DNA of 20,000 nucleotides from an uncultured virus (IMG/VR IMGVR_UViG_3300027804_000060) (IMGVR_UViG_3300027804_000060), one strand, 5' to 3'. Shown: positions 10,274 to 18,960, counted from the first letter of the stretch. Notes: a model not told the origin generated them from the letters alone. Translations and numbers: made by a program.

Positions 10274-13200
10274 TTACCCCAATAGGATTGTTCTATCATC
10301 TTCTGTTGTTAATGTAATACCATCTTCTGTGGCAATCTCTGGTATATATTGTAACCCAATTGGGCCAAATATCTTAATTTGATTTGATGTAATTGTACTA
10401 TTTGCAATGAAGTTTCTTTTAACTGAAAGTAAAGTATTTTCATTAGATGATAAGTTAGTTGTTAAAACAATCTGATCGTCCGAATAGTTTACTGATTTAA
10501 CCGTGTATATATTGTTGTTTACTTTGATGGAGTCACCAGTATAAACAATATCTTTTAATGGATAACTTGTGTTACTATAAACACCATTGTTCTCATAATC
10601 AAATTGGCCAGTGAGCGATGTAATATTTAGTGTGTTGGTGCCAGAGGTGCCAGTAACAACTGCCACATTTCCAAATGTTAACCAAACATTACTTGCAATT
10701 GTAATTGAATCTTGTGCATCGTTCACATCAACAACCAAAGACTTAATGTTGACACCACGATCATTCTTAATTTCAATCGTACTTACATTTGGAAATATAA
10801 ATTCTTCTAGATTTGAACCAAGTTTATTGTTAAATTTAATTACATTGTTACTCTTGTTGGTAAAACTGGTTGTGATACTCAGTGCATCAGAAGTATGTTC
10901 GCCCAAATAGTAAGCTAATGGTTCACCACCATATAAACCTTGTTGTGCATGGTGATAAAGTTTGTTGTTCGATTTCAATGCATAACGACCAAGTACATTT
11001 GTTCCAGTTGGATGTAATAGGTTCAACAACACTTCTCTATATTTTGCAATTTCTTTTTCAAGTGTAATCTGATATGTGAAATTGTTGTACTTGGTACTCT
11101 GCAACACATCATAAGAACTTGGTTGTCCTTGTGTTGTTAAATACTGGCCCTCACCAATCACAAGACCATTCAAGAATGTTGCGTTAGCTTTTGCGGATCC
11201 ATCACCAAATGTTATCACACCAGACTTATCATAAGTTCTGGTATATACTGTTTGGTTACCAACTGCATCAAAATAATTATATGTCTGTACAAATTGTGGA
11301 AATGCAGAGTTTGCCATCGGCAGACTGATGTACTTACCATCAATCACCAAAGGTAGTTTTGGATTTGGTTTTGAATCGTAATTGTAAACCCTCAAATTGT
11401 ATAATGACAATTGTGAGTTCGCATCAGCAGCCAACAATGAAACTGAATTGACTCTTGCTGTATATGAAGCAAGATTGATTGTTGGACCTTGATAGATTAC
11501 ATCATCTTTCTGCGGCAAGTTTTCAATTGCAACATTAGATACCACAATGTCTTGTATTCGTATTGACACATTAGGTTTGAATTCATAATCTTCACCGTAA
11601 TTTTCAATTGAGATTGTTGTTACTGAACCTGCTCTATCTACAACTGGAGAGAAAGTTGCGCCTGTTCCTAGAATACCTGGAATAAACAAACTTGCACCGG
11701 TCGCTGATGGATTTGCAGATGTTACCGACAAACTAGGTAAATAATCATTCGTATATCCCATTCCACCTAATGGCCATTTTGGATATGTACGATACTGTGG
11801 ATCAATAAAAAAATCTACTGCTGTAATTGCTCCAGTTCCATTCACACCTATTACATTTGCATACGGACCTTGGCCACGACCACCACTAAAAACAATTCTA
11901 TCGTTCACTTGATAACCAGAACCACCGTTACTGATTTGAACTGGACCTAATATACCAAGCGATTCTAGTGAAGAATTAACAGAAAATTCATCAAAGGAAT
12001 CTTCTGTTCTATATGTAGACAATGCGGTTATTTCTGGTATCTTAGTTATTCCACCGCCGCCATTATCAACAAAAACGGAAGATATGGGATATGTTGTTAT
12101 TGATCCAAAAGTAAATGCATTTGCAAGAGTTGTATCTTTAGTAGATGTTCCAACATTAGCAAAGAAGAAATTTGCATTACTTAATCTGATCTCTCTCTTA
12201 AAACCAATAACATCCATTGGTATGAAAGCCACATTGGCTCTTGCGTTGCCTACTGCCGTGGCAGTTTGTATATTTGCACCAGAGGCTTGTACATTTGAAG
12301 AAAATACTTGTGCAGTTATGCCAACAATAGCTTGTGCATTTACTGTTTGAGTGTATCTAATATTTGTTATAGTACCTTGTGCATCAACTTCAGAAACATA
12401 TGCAAAAGTGGATTCTTCATACACAACTGAATCGTTAATTCTATAACCTGTACCACCGTTAATTATTTTAAATGATGGAGGTAAATATGGAGATATAGAT
12501 GCAACGTTTGCTCTTGCACCACTTATAGCCGAATCTTCAATTATAATAATAGTGTTTGGTTTCTCAGAATAACCATAACCACCATTGACCACGTTAATTC
12601 GTTGTATAGAACCTTTGGTAATTTCACCAACTTTTGCTGTTGCACCAACTGGATTTGCAACGTTTGCATTTAGTCCACCGTAAACAACAACTGGATCACC
12701 AGGTTGATATGTCAATCCACGACTTGTTGGATTAACTCTTATTTGGCTAATTTGACCAACAATTTTTGCACGAAGAACATTACCACCAAATAAAACATCT
12801 TGGTTGTTTGAATCTACAATTCTAACAGTTTCACCAGAATTAAACAATCTTTCTATGTTTGATATGAATATTTCTGTTTTATTGCCAACTAATACGGCAG
12901 CCTCTATTGTTGCAATAGATTTTGAAACCTCACCAAAAATTCTATAGTTTTTTGTCTGTAAGAAGTATGGATTGGCCGATAGTAATTTTAAACTCTTTGC
13001 GATGTACCACGTACCACCAGATGCTTTGAAAACCGAGTCTTTGGTATTGAATATCTCAACACCAGTATTGTACAGTACACGGAAAAGAAATTCATACGAT
13101 GCTGGTGTACCTTTACTTTGGTACAACTGTCTTGCAACTTTTACAGCCTGCTCTTGACTTACCAATGATTCTCTTGGAAAGAAAGGTAGAAATTCATTGT

Positions 13201-13411
13201 TGAAATAATCTATAAATTCTTCTGTTGTTGCATCAACATCTTTGTAATTCAATAGGTTTTTAGACCTATCTGTTACTTTACCATTTGTTTCCATCCATTC
13301 GTAGTATGCCTTTAAGAATAGATTGAAGTTGGCATATTCAGGATTGTCCCGGACATGCTCGGGTAACTGGGATAAAACCAGATTGGATGTTTTTTGATTA
13401 TTTTCTATCAT
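10274..13411 (-). CDS. gp7: Baseplate wedge initiator gp7-like (1045 aa)
   Basis: N-terminal SQLPEHVR...FLKAYYEWME and LYQSKGTPASYEFLFRVLY, late YNNFTYQI...LLHPTG (HPAG-type) motif, several GG(S/T/Y)GY beta modules; ATGA overlap with gp6. Confidence 0.8.
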   Translation of the reverse strand: MIENNQKTSNLVLSQLPEHVRDNPEYANFNLFLKAYYEWMETNGKVTDRSKNLLNYKDVDATTEEFIDYFNNEFLPFFPRESLVSQEQAVKVARQLYQSKGTPASYEFLFRVLYNTGVEIFNTKDSVFKASGGTWYIAKSLKLLSANPYFLQTKNYRIFGEVSKSIATIEAAVLVGNKTEIFISNIERLFNSGETVRIVDSNNQDVLFGGNVLRAKIVGQISQIRVNPTSRGLTYQPGDPVVVYGGLNANVANPVGATAKVGEITKGSIQRINVVNGGYGYSEKPNTIIIIEDSAISGARANVASISPYLPPSFKIINGGTGYRINDSVVYEESTFAYVSEVDAQGTITNIRYTQTVNAQAIVGITAQVFSSNVQASGANIQTATAVGNARANVAFIPMDVIGFKREIRLSNANFFFANVGTSTKDTTLANAFTFGSITTYPISSVFVDNGGGGITKIPEITALSTYRTEDSFDEFSVNSSLESLGILGPVQISNGGSGYQVNDRIVFSGGRGQGPYANVIGVNGTGAITAVDFFIDPQYRTYPKWPLGGMGYTNDYLPSLSVTSANPSATGASLFIPGILGTGATFSPVVDRAGSVTTISIENYGEDYEFKPNVSIRIQDIVVSNVAIENLPQKDDVIYQGPTINLASYTARVNSVSLLAADANSQLSLYNLRVYNYDSKPNPKLPLVIDGKYISLPMANSAFPQFVQTYNYFDAVGNQTVYTRTYDKSGVITFGDGSAKANATFLNGLVIGEGQYLTTQGQPSSYDVLQSTKYNNFTYQITLEKEIAKYREVLLNLLHPTGTNVLGRYALKSNNKLYHHAQQGLYGGEPLAYYLGEHTSDALSITTSFTNKSNNVIKFNNKLGSNLEEFIFPNVSTIEIKNDRGVNIKSLVVDVNDAQDSITIASNVWLTFGNVAVVTGTSGTNTLNITSLTGQFDYENNGVYSNTSYPLKDIVYTGDSIKVNNNIYTVKSVNYSDDQIVLTTNLSSNENTLLSVKRNFIANSTITSNQIKIFGPIGLQYIPEIATEDGITLTTEDDRTILLG

Positions 13412-15486
13412 GTTGATTTGGCAGTAACATTCACAATAATAGATTGTGGATCAAATTCATCTACAGTAATAACTCTATTATATGTGGAAGAAATAATTGT
13501 TGTTGTTGGGTTGGTGGTTACTGTTAATAGGCCTAAATCATTATTCACATTCAATGGTGAAAATGCATCCAATGTAACAACACCTAAATTGTAGTCTACA
13601 GTACCAATATTACCTTTAAATACAGTCTTGACATTTGTTGTGTCATTGTAATATAATCTCAACACACCATAACGGCCTTCAAGTGTAATGATACCTGCAC
13701 CAGATGAACCTGTTGTATCACCTACTGCTGGTGTAATTCTAAGTATGGCTGATGTGTAACCCGTTCCCTTTGTTAAAACATTAATTTGTTTTATAGTACC
13801 ATTGTTTGTCATAACAGCTTCTGCTGTTGCACCTGTACCATCACCTAGTATGGTCACTGTTGGTTGACCTTGATATCCAAAACCCGGATTGGTTATTGTG
13901 ATAGATTCTGCACCACCTGTTGATGATGGTACTTCTTCAATGTAAAGACCGTCAATTGTTTGTGCTAAATTTAATGGGTTTCTGTATACAACTGAAGGTG
14001 AACTGCCTATACCACTCAAAAACATACCACGCTTTAGGCCTGCACCGTAATACAACTTGTATGTTGTTGGTGTTGATAGGTTTGGATAAAATTTCTTCTG
14101 TAATTGTATTGATATTTCGTTTGTGATGATAGAAGAATCGACTGAATTGATTTGATTATTAAATTCAGATGATCTAAATGTCGAATTGAAACTATTCAGT
14201 GTTGTTCTTGCATAATTGTTAATTGCAGTTTTGACATTTGTTTTTATTTCACTTGCAGTCAATCTTGTTCTCTTAGGATCATATAACACATTTGCGGTAA
14301 TTTGAATATATGTGTAATCTGGATCAACAATCGTAGGTTCCACAGTCAGTACAGATATGGGTCTCAAAACATCTTTAATCAATTTTGATTTTTGATTTTC
14401 AGTTAACATGTATGCACCAGATGGTTTCATTGCAATAAACACTTGCCCATATACTGGTGGATCATTCTCTTGGCCACCCCAAACATTCACCGAATCAAAG
14501 GAGTAACCAAGATTATTCTGTTGAATTGCTGTAATGTAATCTTCTTTGGTTACTGCACGACCTTGTGCAGAATAGGATTTAGGTGCCTGGAATTTAATTG
14601 ATTCTATAGATTCTTTATCGCCACCTTGAGTTGCAGAGGTTAGTGGAAAAATTCTTGTGTTTGAATATCCTGAAATTGAATCCATCAACACAAAATTGTT
14701 TGCAGCGGTAGAGGCCGAGCCATTTGTTACAACATATGATAGTGTAACAATATTACCGTTGGTTAATTTTTTACCAAGCACACCATTACCAAAACTAACT
14801 TCATAGAAACCTTTGACATTTTCTTGTAAGAAATAAACCAAAGAAGAACCTGAGAGTGTTAGATAATCTTTTGCGTGTGTGTGGATGTTATAAAAATTGT
14901 TTGATGATGATTCACGCACCGAAACCGTTAACGTGGTTGTGTCCACATTTATTTCAGGTATTTCAAATATGGATTTTGAATTTGTTGTACTATCGTAGGT
15001 GAAAGACAAAGATACTGGTGTGCCTTGTTTTAGTGTTATACCATCAAAATTTGCAGTATTATTCAATACCGTAACTGTGGTATTTTCAGTTGTAACAAAC
15101 ATATAACTGATGCCGTCAATAGATTCTGACAAAAATGATGTAAATTTAGGTAATGTCAATGATGTATCGGTAACTTGATTGACCTTCAAATTGATTGTGG
15201 CTGTTGGTGCAATTGAAGATTTTGGCACATAATCCAATGTTTTTGCATGTGAAACAACAGATGCTCTTTGTAAAGCGGTGTCCAAGAATGTTTCATTGGC
15301 CACCATGTTCAAGTAATAAGCATTGTATTGTGTATTGTATGCTAGAATGTCCAACAACGTTGAAAGTGCAGAACCATCATAATTATAATCTTTTAAAATG
15401 TCTTGTGACTGAAGATAGTTCTTCAGGCTAGTTTTTATTTGATTAAAATCTAGTTCTGTTATGTTTAAACCAGTATTTGCAGCCAT
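13408..15486 (-). CDS. gp6: Baseplate wedge subunit gp6 (692 aa)
   Basis: ELDFNQIKTSLKNYL, DYNYDGSALSTLLDILAYNT, ETFLDTALQRASVVSHAK.L.Y.P, YEVSFGNGVLGK, ESIESIKFQAP..YSAQGRAVT..DY and WGGQENDPPVYGQVFI are hallmark gp6 motifs. Confidence 0.95.
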   Translation of the reverse strand: MAANTGLNITELDFNQIKTSLKNYLQSQDILKDYNYDGSALSTLLDILAYNTQYNAYYLNMVANETFLDTALQRASVVSHAKTLDYVPKSSIAPTATINLKVNQVTDTSLTLPKFTSFLSESIDGISYMFVTTENTTVTVLNNTANFDGITLKQGTPVSLSFTYDSTTNSKSIFEIPEINVDTTTLTVSVRESSSNNFYNIHTHAKDYLTLSGSSLVYFLQENVKGFYEVSFGNGVLGKKLTNGNIVTLSYVVTNGSASTAANNFVLMDSISGYSNTRIFPLTSATQGGDKESIESIKFQAPKSYSAQGRAVTKEDYITAIQQNNLGYSFDSVNVWGGQENDPPVYGQVFIAMKPSGAYMLTENQKSKLIKDVLRPISVLTVEPTIVDPDYTYIQITANVLYDPKRTRLTASEIKTNVKTAINNYARTTLNSFNSTFRSSEFNNQINSVDSSIITNEISIQLQKKFYPNLSTPTTYKLYYGAGLKRGMFLSGIGSSPSVVYRNPLNLAQTIDGLYIEEVPSSTGGAESITITNPGFGYQGQPTVTILGDGTGATAEAVMTNNGTIKQINVLTKGTGYTSAILRITPAVGDTTGSSGAGIITLEGRYGVLRLYYNDTTNVKTVFKGNIGTVDYNLGVVTLDAFSPLNVNNDLGLLTVTTNPTTTIISSTYNRVITVDEFDPQSIIVNVTAKST

Positions 15487-15487
15487 C

Positions 15488-15880
15488 TTATCTATTTCTC
15501 TCTAAAAGGAGTGTTACTGTTGTCGGTAATGTTGCATTTTCTATGTAAAATGTTATTGTAACATCATATTGATTGGAATCTGGATTTGCAGAAACTCTAA
15601 CACTATCCACCAATGCTCTTGGTTCATAGTTGTTTATGATATCAGTAACTTCTCTTTCAATTAAACTTGCAACAAGCGGTGAGAAGTTTTCAAATAAAAG
15701 TGCATCAATGTTTGACCCTAAATCGGGATCAAATGGTCTCTCATACTTTCTTGTTGACAACAGATTTCGGATTGAACGTATTACAGCCTTATTATCAAAA
15801 CTTAAAGCAACATCACCAGTCACCGGCTTCTTGGTGAAAGTAAAGTCTATGTCTGAGTATATTTTGGTTAAAGTTGTCAT
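15488..15880 (-). CDS. gp25: Baseplate wedge subunit gp25 (130 aa)
   Basis: YSDIDFTF..KPVTGDV, AVIRSIRNLL.T...ERPFDP.LGS, LLFE and INNYEPR match the GPW/gp25 family; directly upstream of gp6. Confidence 0.95.
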   Translation of the reverse strand: MTTLTKIYSDIDFTFTKKPVTGDVALSFDNKAVIRSIRNLLSTRKYERPFDPDLGSNIDALLFENFSPLVASLIEREVTDIINNYEPRALVDSVRVSANPDSNQYDVTITFYIENATLPTTVTLLLERNR

Positions 15881-15884
15881 CTTT

Positions 15885-15891
15885 TATTTAT
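15885..15891 (-). promoter_or_regulatory. T4-type late promoter box (C)ATAAATA upstream of gp25
   Basis: Minus strand reads CATAAATA-AAAG-ATG in intergenic DNA. Confidence 0.7.
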
Positions 15892-15957
15892 GAGCTAAAA
15901 GTAAATGCGCTTTTTGGAATCTGAGATGTGCCGGTGAAAATTCTTGGGCCGGAATGA

Positions 15958-15973
15958 AAAATTTCGAAATTTT
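15958..15973. repeat. Perfect 16-bp palindrome AAAATTTCGAAATTTT at the gp5 stop codon
   Basis: Self-complementary about C15965/G15966; overlaps the TAA of gp5. Confidence 0.85.
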
Positions 15974-16928
15974 AATCTCCAATGAATACTGTACCTGAAC
16001 CAGTTTCGATAACATTAGTACCGGCATCATTAAGATCATAGTGTTCTTCTGTTCCCTCATCACCAGTATCTGCCGTATCTCCAATTCTTGCAGCACCCAT
16101 TGTACCATGATTCAAATTGATGGTTTTACCATTCATAACTATGTCTCCAGTCACATTCAAGGAATAGTTGCCAGCAACCTTTTCCTGCACACTTCCTTTG
16201 ACATATAAATTTGCATTGCCATCGACTGTAATATTACAAACACCTTTTACATGAATATTATTGTCGGAAAGATAAACCTCATAGTTCTTTCCAGATACTT
16301 TGGTAACCTTTGACCCGTCAGGTGCAATCTCAAAGAATGTATTGGCCTTATGGTGGAGGTGTATCCTCTCAGCACCAGGTGTATCATCCAACTCAAATAC
16401 ATGTCCTGCTTCAGTCTGTGTTACTCGGTTGTAGGGGATTTTTGCATCATATTGTGATTCTGGCTCACTCCAGGTGCCACCACTAGCCGTAGGCACACTG
16501 GTATCTAGGTTACTATTGTGGTAACCAATCGCAGTTTCTTCAATTTTTTCATTTCTGTGCAATCTGCTACTGGTAGGTTCACCTAATGGATAGAATGTTC
16601 CTTCTGAGAAACCTTTAGATGGGTTTGGTCCATTTTTTGGTATACCTGGAAATATACCAATAATGACAGGTGCTTGACTAGATTCACCATCAGTGAAGAA
16701 ACCGAACGCATAGTCACCCTCCAGAGGTGCACCGTCAGTCATTGACACATTAGGTGGTAGGCACGGTAACGCCCAAGATAGACCATCTGTAGGTAATTCT
16801 TCAAGGTTGTCTGTGTGGTGACCGAACATACGGACACGCACCCGGCCTAATCCTAATGGGTCGAATCTATCTTCAACGACACCCAACCACCAATGAAAAC
16901 CGTCTTTACCAATAAAATTGTTCATCAT
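15972..16928 (-). CDS. gp5: Baseplate central spike gp5-like, no lysozyme domain, with C-terminal PAAR-like extension (318 aa)
   Basis: OB-fold N-terminus FHWWLGVVEDRFDPLGLGRVRVRMFGHH...LSWA, then PYNRVTQTEAGHVFELDDTPGAERI, 8-residue VxG beta-helix repeats, and a tail GAARIGD...IETGSGTVFIGD. Confidence 0.92.
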   Translation of the reverse strand: MMNNFIGKDGFHWWLGVVEDRFDPLGLGRVRVRMFGHHTDNLEELPTDGLSWALPCLPPNVSMTDGAPLEGDYAFGFFTDGESSQAPVIIGIFPGIPKNGPNPSKGFSEGTFYPLGEPTSSRLHRNEKIEETAIGYHNSNLDTSVPTASGGTWSEPESQYDAKIPYNRVTQTEAGHVFELDDTPGAERIHLHHKANTFFEIAPDGSKVTKVSGKNYEVYLSDNNIHVKGVCNITVDGNANLYVKGSVQEKVAGNYSLNVTGDIVMNGKTINLNHGTMGAARIGDTADTGDEGTEEHYDLNDAGTNVIETGSGTVFIGD

Positions 16929-18298
16929 GCTGTAATCGCCTGTCTAACATTCTTGTCTGAATTATTTGCACCTTCTTGTGCTTTTGGTAAGCTTTCTTTG
17001 GCCATTTCTAAAATTGTCTGATATGCAGTTTGATTAATAATGTGCCTAACCGCAGTGACAAGGTACTTACCTGAATAAGCTTTATCTAGTTCTTTTGTAC
17101 TGTTTGTTGGTTTTAGTGTGAAAAGATTGAATTCAACTACCTTACCGGCTGTTAGTCCCGGATCACCAGGCACGGCCATCTTTAATGCGGTAAAATTAGC
17201 CAATGAAATTGCAGCGGTTCTAAGTGGTAAGATTGTTTCAATAAAAATGTCTTTTGCAAATCCACCTTCTTTTTCTTTGATGTAAGGTACATTTCCATGG
17301 TTTGAATTGCCTGTTGCAACCTTCAGTACACCTTCTGGTGATTGATTCAATGTTTTATCAAATCTATTTTTCAATTCATTCAAAATACTACCAGGATTCA
17401 ATTTTTCCATCGTGTTTTTCATCTTGTTATAATCAAAATCTGTCACATTGAAAGACCTTGTTAGTGGGTCAATTGAAATTAACCTATTTGCAAACGAACC
17501 AGACGTAATCTCCTGTAGTGCATCATATGTTTTGGAGAATTCATAGTCAATCACATTGTATGCTTTTTCTTGAAAATCTTGTTTTCTGTTATCTAAGTTC
17601 ATTGGTTCATACTTGTAGGTTGCATAAACCTTGTCTTTGTACATGGACTGTAGCGACCTGAAGTTGAAACCTTCTTTCGTTTCAAAGAATAACATATCAG
17701 CGGTGCTGTTTTGTTTTTTGGGCCTTGCATATGTTGATACCCAACTGATAGTTTCAAATGGTTTTAATTTTGGCACAATAAAATCATAAACACCAGTTGT
17801 TTCTTCGATTACATTGATGTTTTTTGGTTTGACTTTAAGTTTTTCTATTAATACATCTTTAACAATTTCAGAAACTTTTTGACCAGAATATGACTTACTT
17901 ATCTTTGTCTGTTCCGAAAGCATCAATTCTTCTGAACAAAAATATAATTTGTATATTTCGGAGTTATAATTACCACTAGGCTTCCTATCACCAATCTTAT
18001 ACACCCTAAAAATTTGATTGTTCCCGTTGGGACTATTTTTAATTTTACCAAAATTCACTTCAAGGTATTCGTTGCCCGATAACTGTAGAAGTTCAATGAA
18101 ACCTTGTGCATCAAGTAAAGTCACATAACCAGATGCTGCAAATGTGTAGATATCTTCATAATATGAAAACTCCAACATTATTTTTTTAAGTTCTATTCTA
18201 TTACCACTCGCTGTTAAAAAATTAAGTGTTTTTAAAGAATAGTCTTGTGGTGAATAAGCACCAGAAGCTTCAACTGAAGTGGGATTATTTGTGGCCAT
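16925..18298 (-). CDS. Putative baseplate hub protein, gp27/GpD-like (457 aa)
   Basis: Position between gp53 and gp5. Motifs YEDIY...SGYV...DA, KISKSY, FFETKEGFNFRSL and VPGDPGLTAGKVVEF...SGKYLVTAVRHII resemble gp27/GpD/VgrG N-terminal hub folds. ATGA overlap with gp5. Confidence 0.7.
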   Translation of the reverse strand: MATNNPTSVEASGAYSPQDYSLKTLNFLTASGNRIELKKIMLEFSYYEDIYTFAASGYVTLLDAQGFIELLQLSGNEYLEVNFGKIKNSPNGNNQIFRVYKIGDRKPSGNYNSEIYKLYFCSEELMLSEQTKISKSYSGQKVSEIVKDVLIEKLKVKPKNINVIEETTGVYDFIVPKLKPFETISWVSTYARPKKQNSTADMLFFETKEGFNFRSLQSMYKDKVYATYKYEPMNLDNRKQDFQEKAYNVIDYEFSKTYDALQEITSGSFANRLISIDPLTRSFNVTDFDYNKMKNTMEKLNPGSILNELKNRFDKTLNQSPEGVLKVATGNSNHGNVPYIKEKEGGFAKDIFIETILPLRTAAISLANFTALKMAVPGDPGLTAGKVVEFNLFTLKPTNSTKELDKAYSGKYLVTAVRHIINQTAYQTILEMAKESLPKAQEGANNSDKNVRQAITA

Positions 18299-18299
18299 A

Positions 18300-18959
18300 T
18301 TAACTCATCAAATCTTGAAATTCTTTTTCTAATTGGTCAACATACTTTGAATTTAATATGTTAATGTTTCTTTTAGATTCATTTAAATTGAGTTCGTAAT
18401 CATAATTAGTCACTGGTGTTGGTTGTATGGTGATATCCAAATAACTCATTGAATTGGCTGTTGATGAAGCACCATTTGCATATAAATCGGAAGGAAGCTT
18501 AAATGTTCTGAGTTCGTCAATGCCAAAGGGGTGTGAATAAAGTAATCCCACATATTCTTCACCAGAAATGGTGAATTTTTCTATTACTGTTTGGTCATCA
18601 TCTGTTCCACGGGTGGTTTTTGTGATAACTTTTTCGTAATGATGTAAATCAGTCAAAGTATTGCCATATTTTTCGTTCACATATTCATTGAATTGTAATG
18701 AATTGAGTGGCCAGTCCCATTGTGGATCCAACATCTTGTTTGCAAATAATACTATCCAATAACGATATGGATCATCATAATATTTGTGTGCAACAATTTC
18801 TGGCGTATCACCATCTTGTACATCATATTTGTAATATACCATTGGATTCTTTAAAATCTCTGGCACAATACTGACTCTGGCCATAAGATTTGTCATAATG
18901 GTAGAAACACCATTATCATTTGTAAGAATCATCTTTGGAAGTGTATCAAAATATTGCAT
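18300..18959 (-). CDS. gp53: Baseplate wedge subunit gp53 with LysM-like domain (219 aa from MQYF)
   Basis: MQYFDTLP start, YDVQDGDTPEIVAHKYYDDPYRYWIVLFAN, DPQWDWPL, HHYE and YDYE..LNESKRNI. Start re-called to ATG 18959, 1 nt after the gp48 stop. Confidence 0.92.
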   Translation of the reverse strand: MQYFDTLPKMILTNDNGVSTIMTNLMARVSIVPEILKNPMVYYKYDVQDGDTPEIVAHKYYDDPYRYWIVLFANKMLDPQWDWPLNSLQFNEYVNEKYGNTLTDLHHYEKVITKTTRGTDDDQTVIEKFTISGEEYVGLLYSHPFGIDELRTFKLPSDLYANGASSTANSMSYLDITIQPTPVTNYDYELNLNESKRNINILNSKYVDQLEKEFQDLMS

Positions 18960-18960
18960 T

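Noticed and set aside
11296..11320. MANSAF in gp7 (and YANG in gp8 near 6680) as further dispersed fibre-repeat copies
   Set aside because: These are only 4-5 residue matches in Ala/Asn-rich proteins and cannot be distinguished from chance.
15884..16108. 74-aa minus-strand ORF at the position where gp5.4/PAAR would be expected
   Set aside because: It overlaps gp5 out of frame, has no PAAR motif (the PAAR-like motif is in the gp5 frame), and runs through the intergenic palindrome and promoter.
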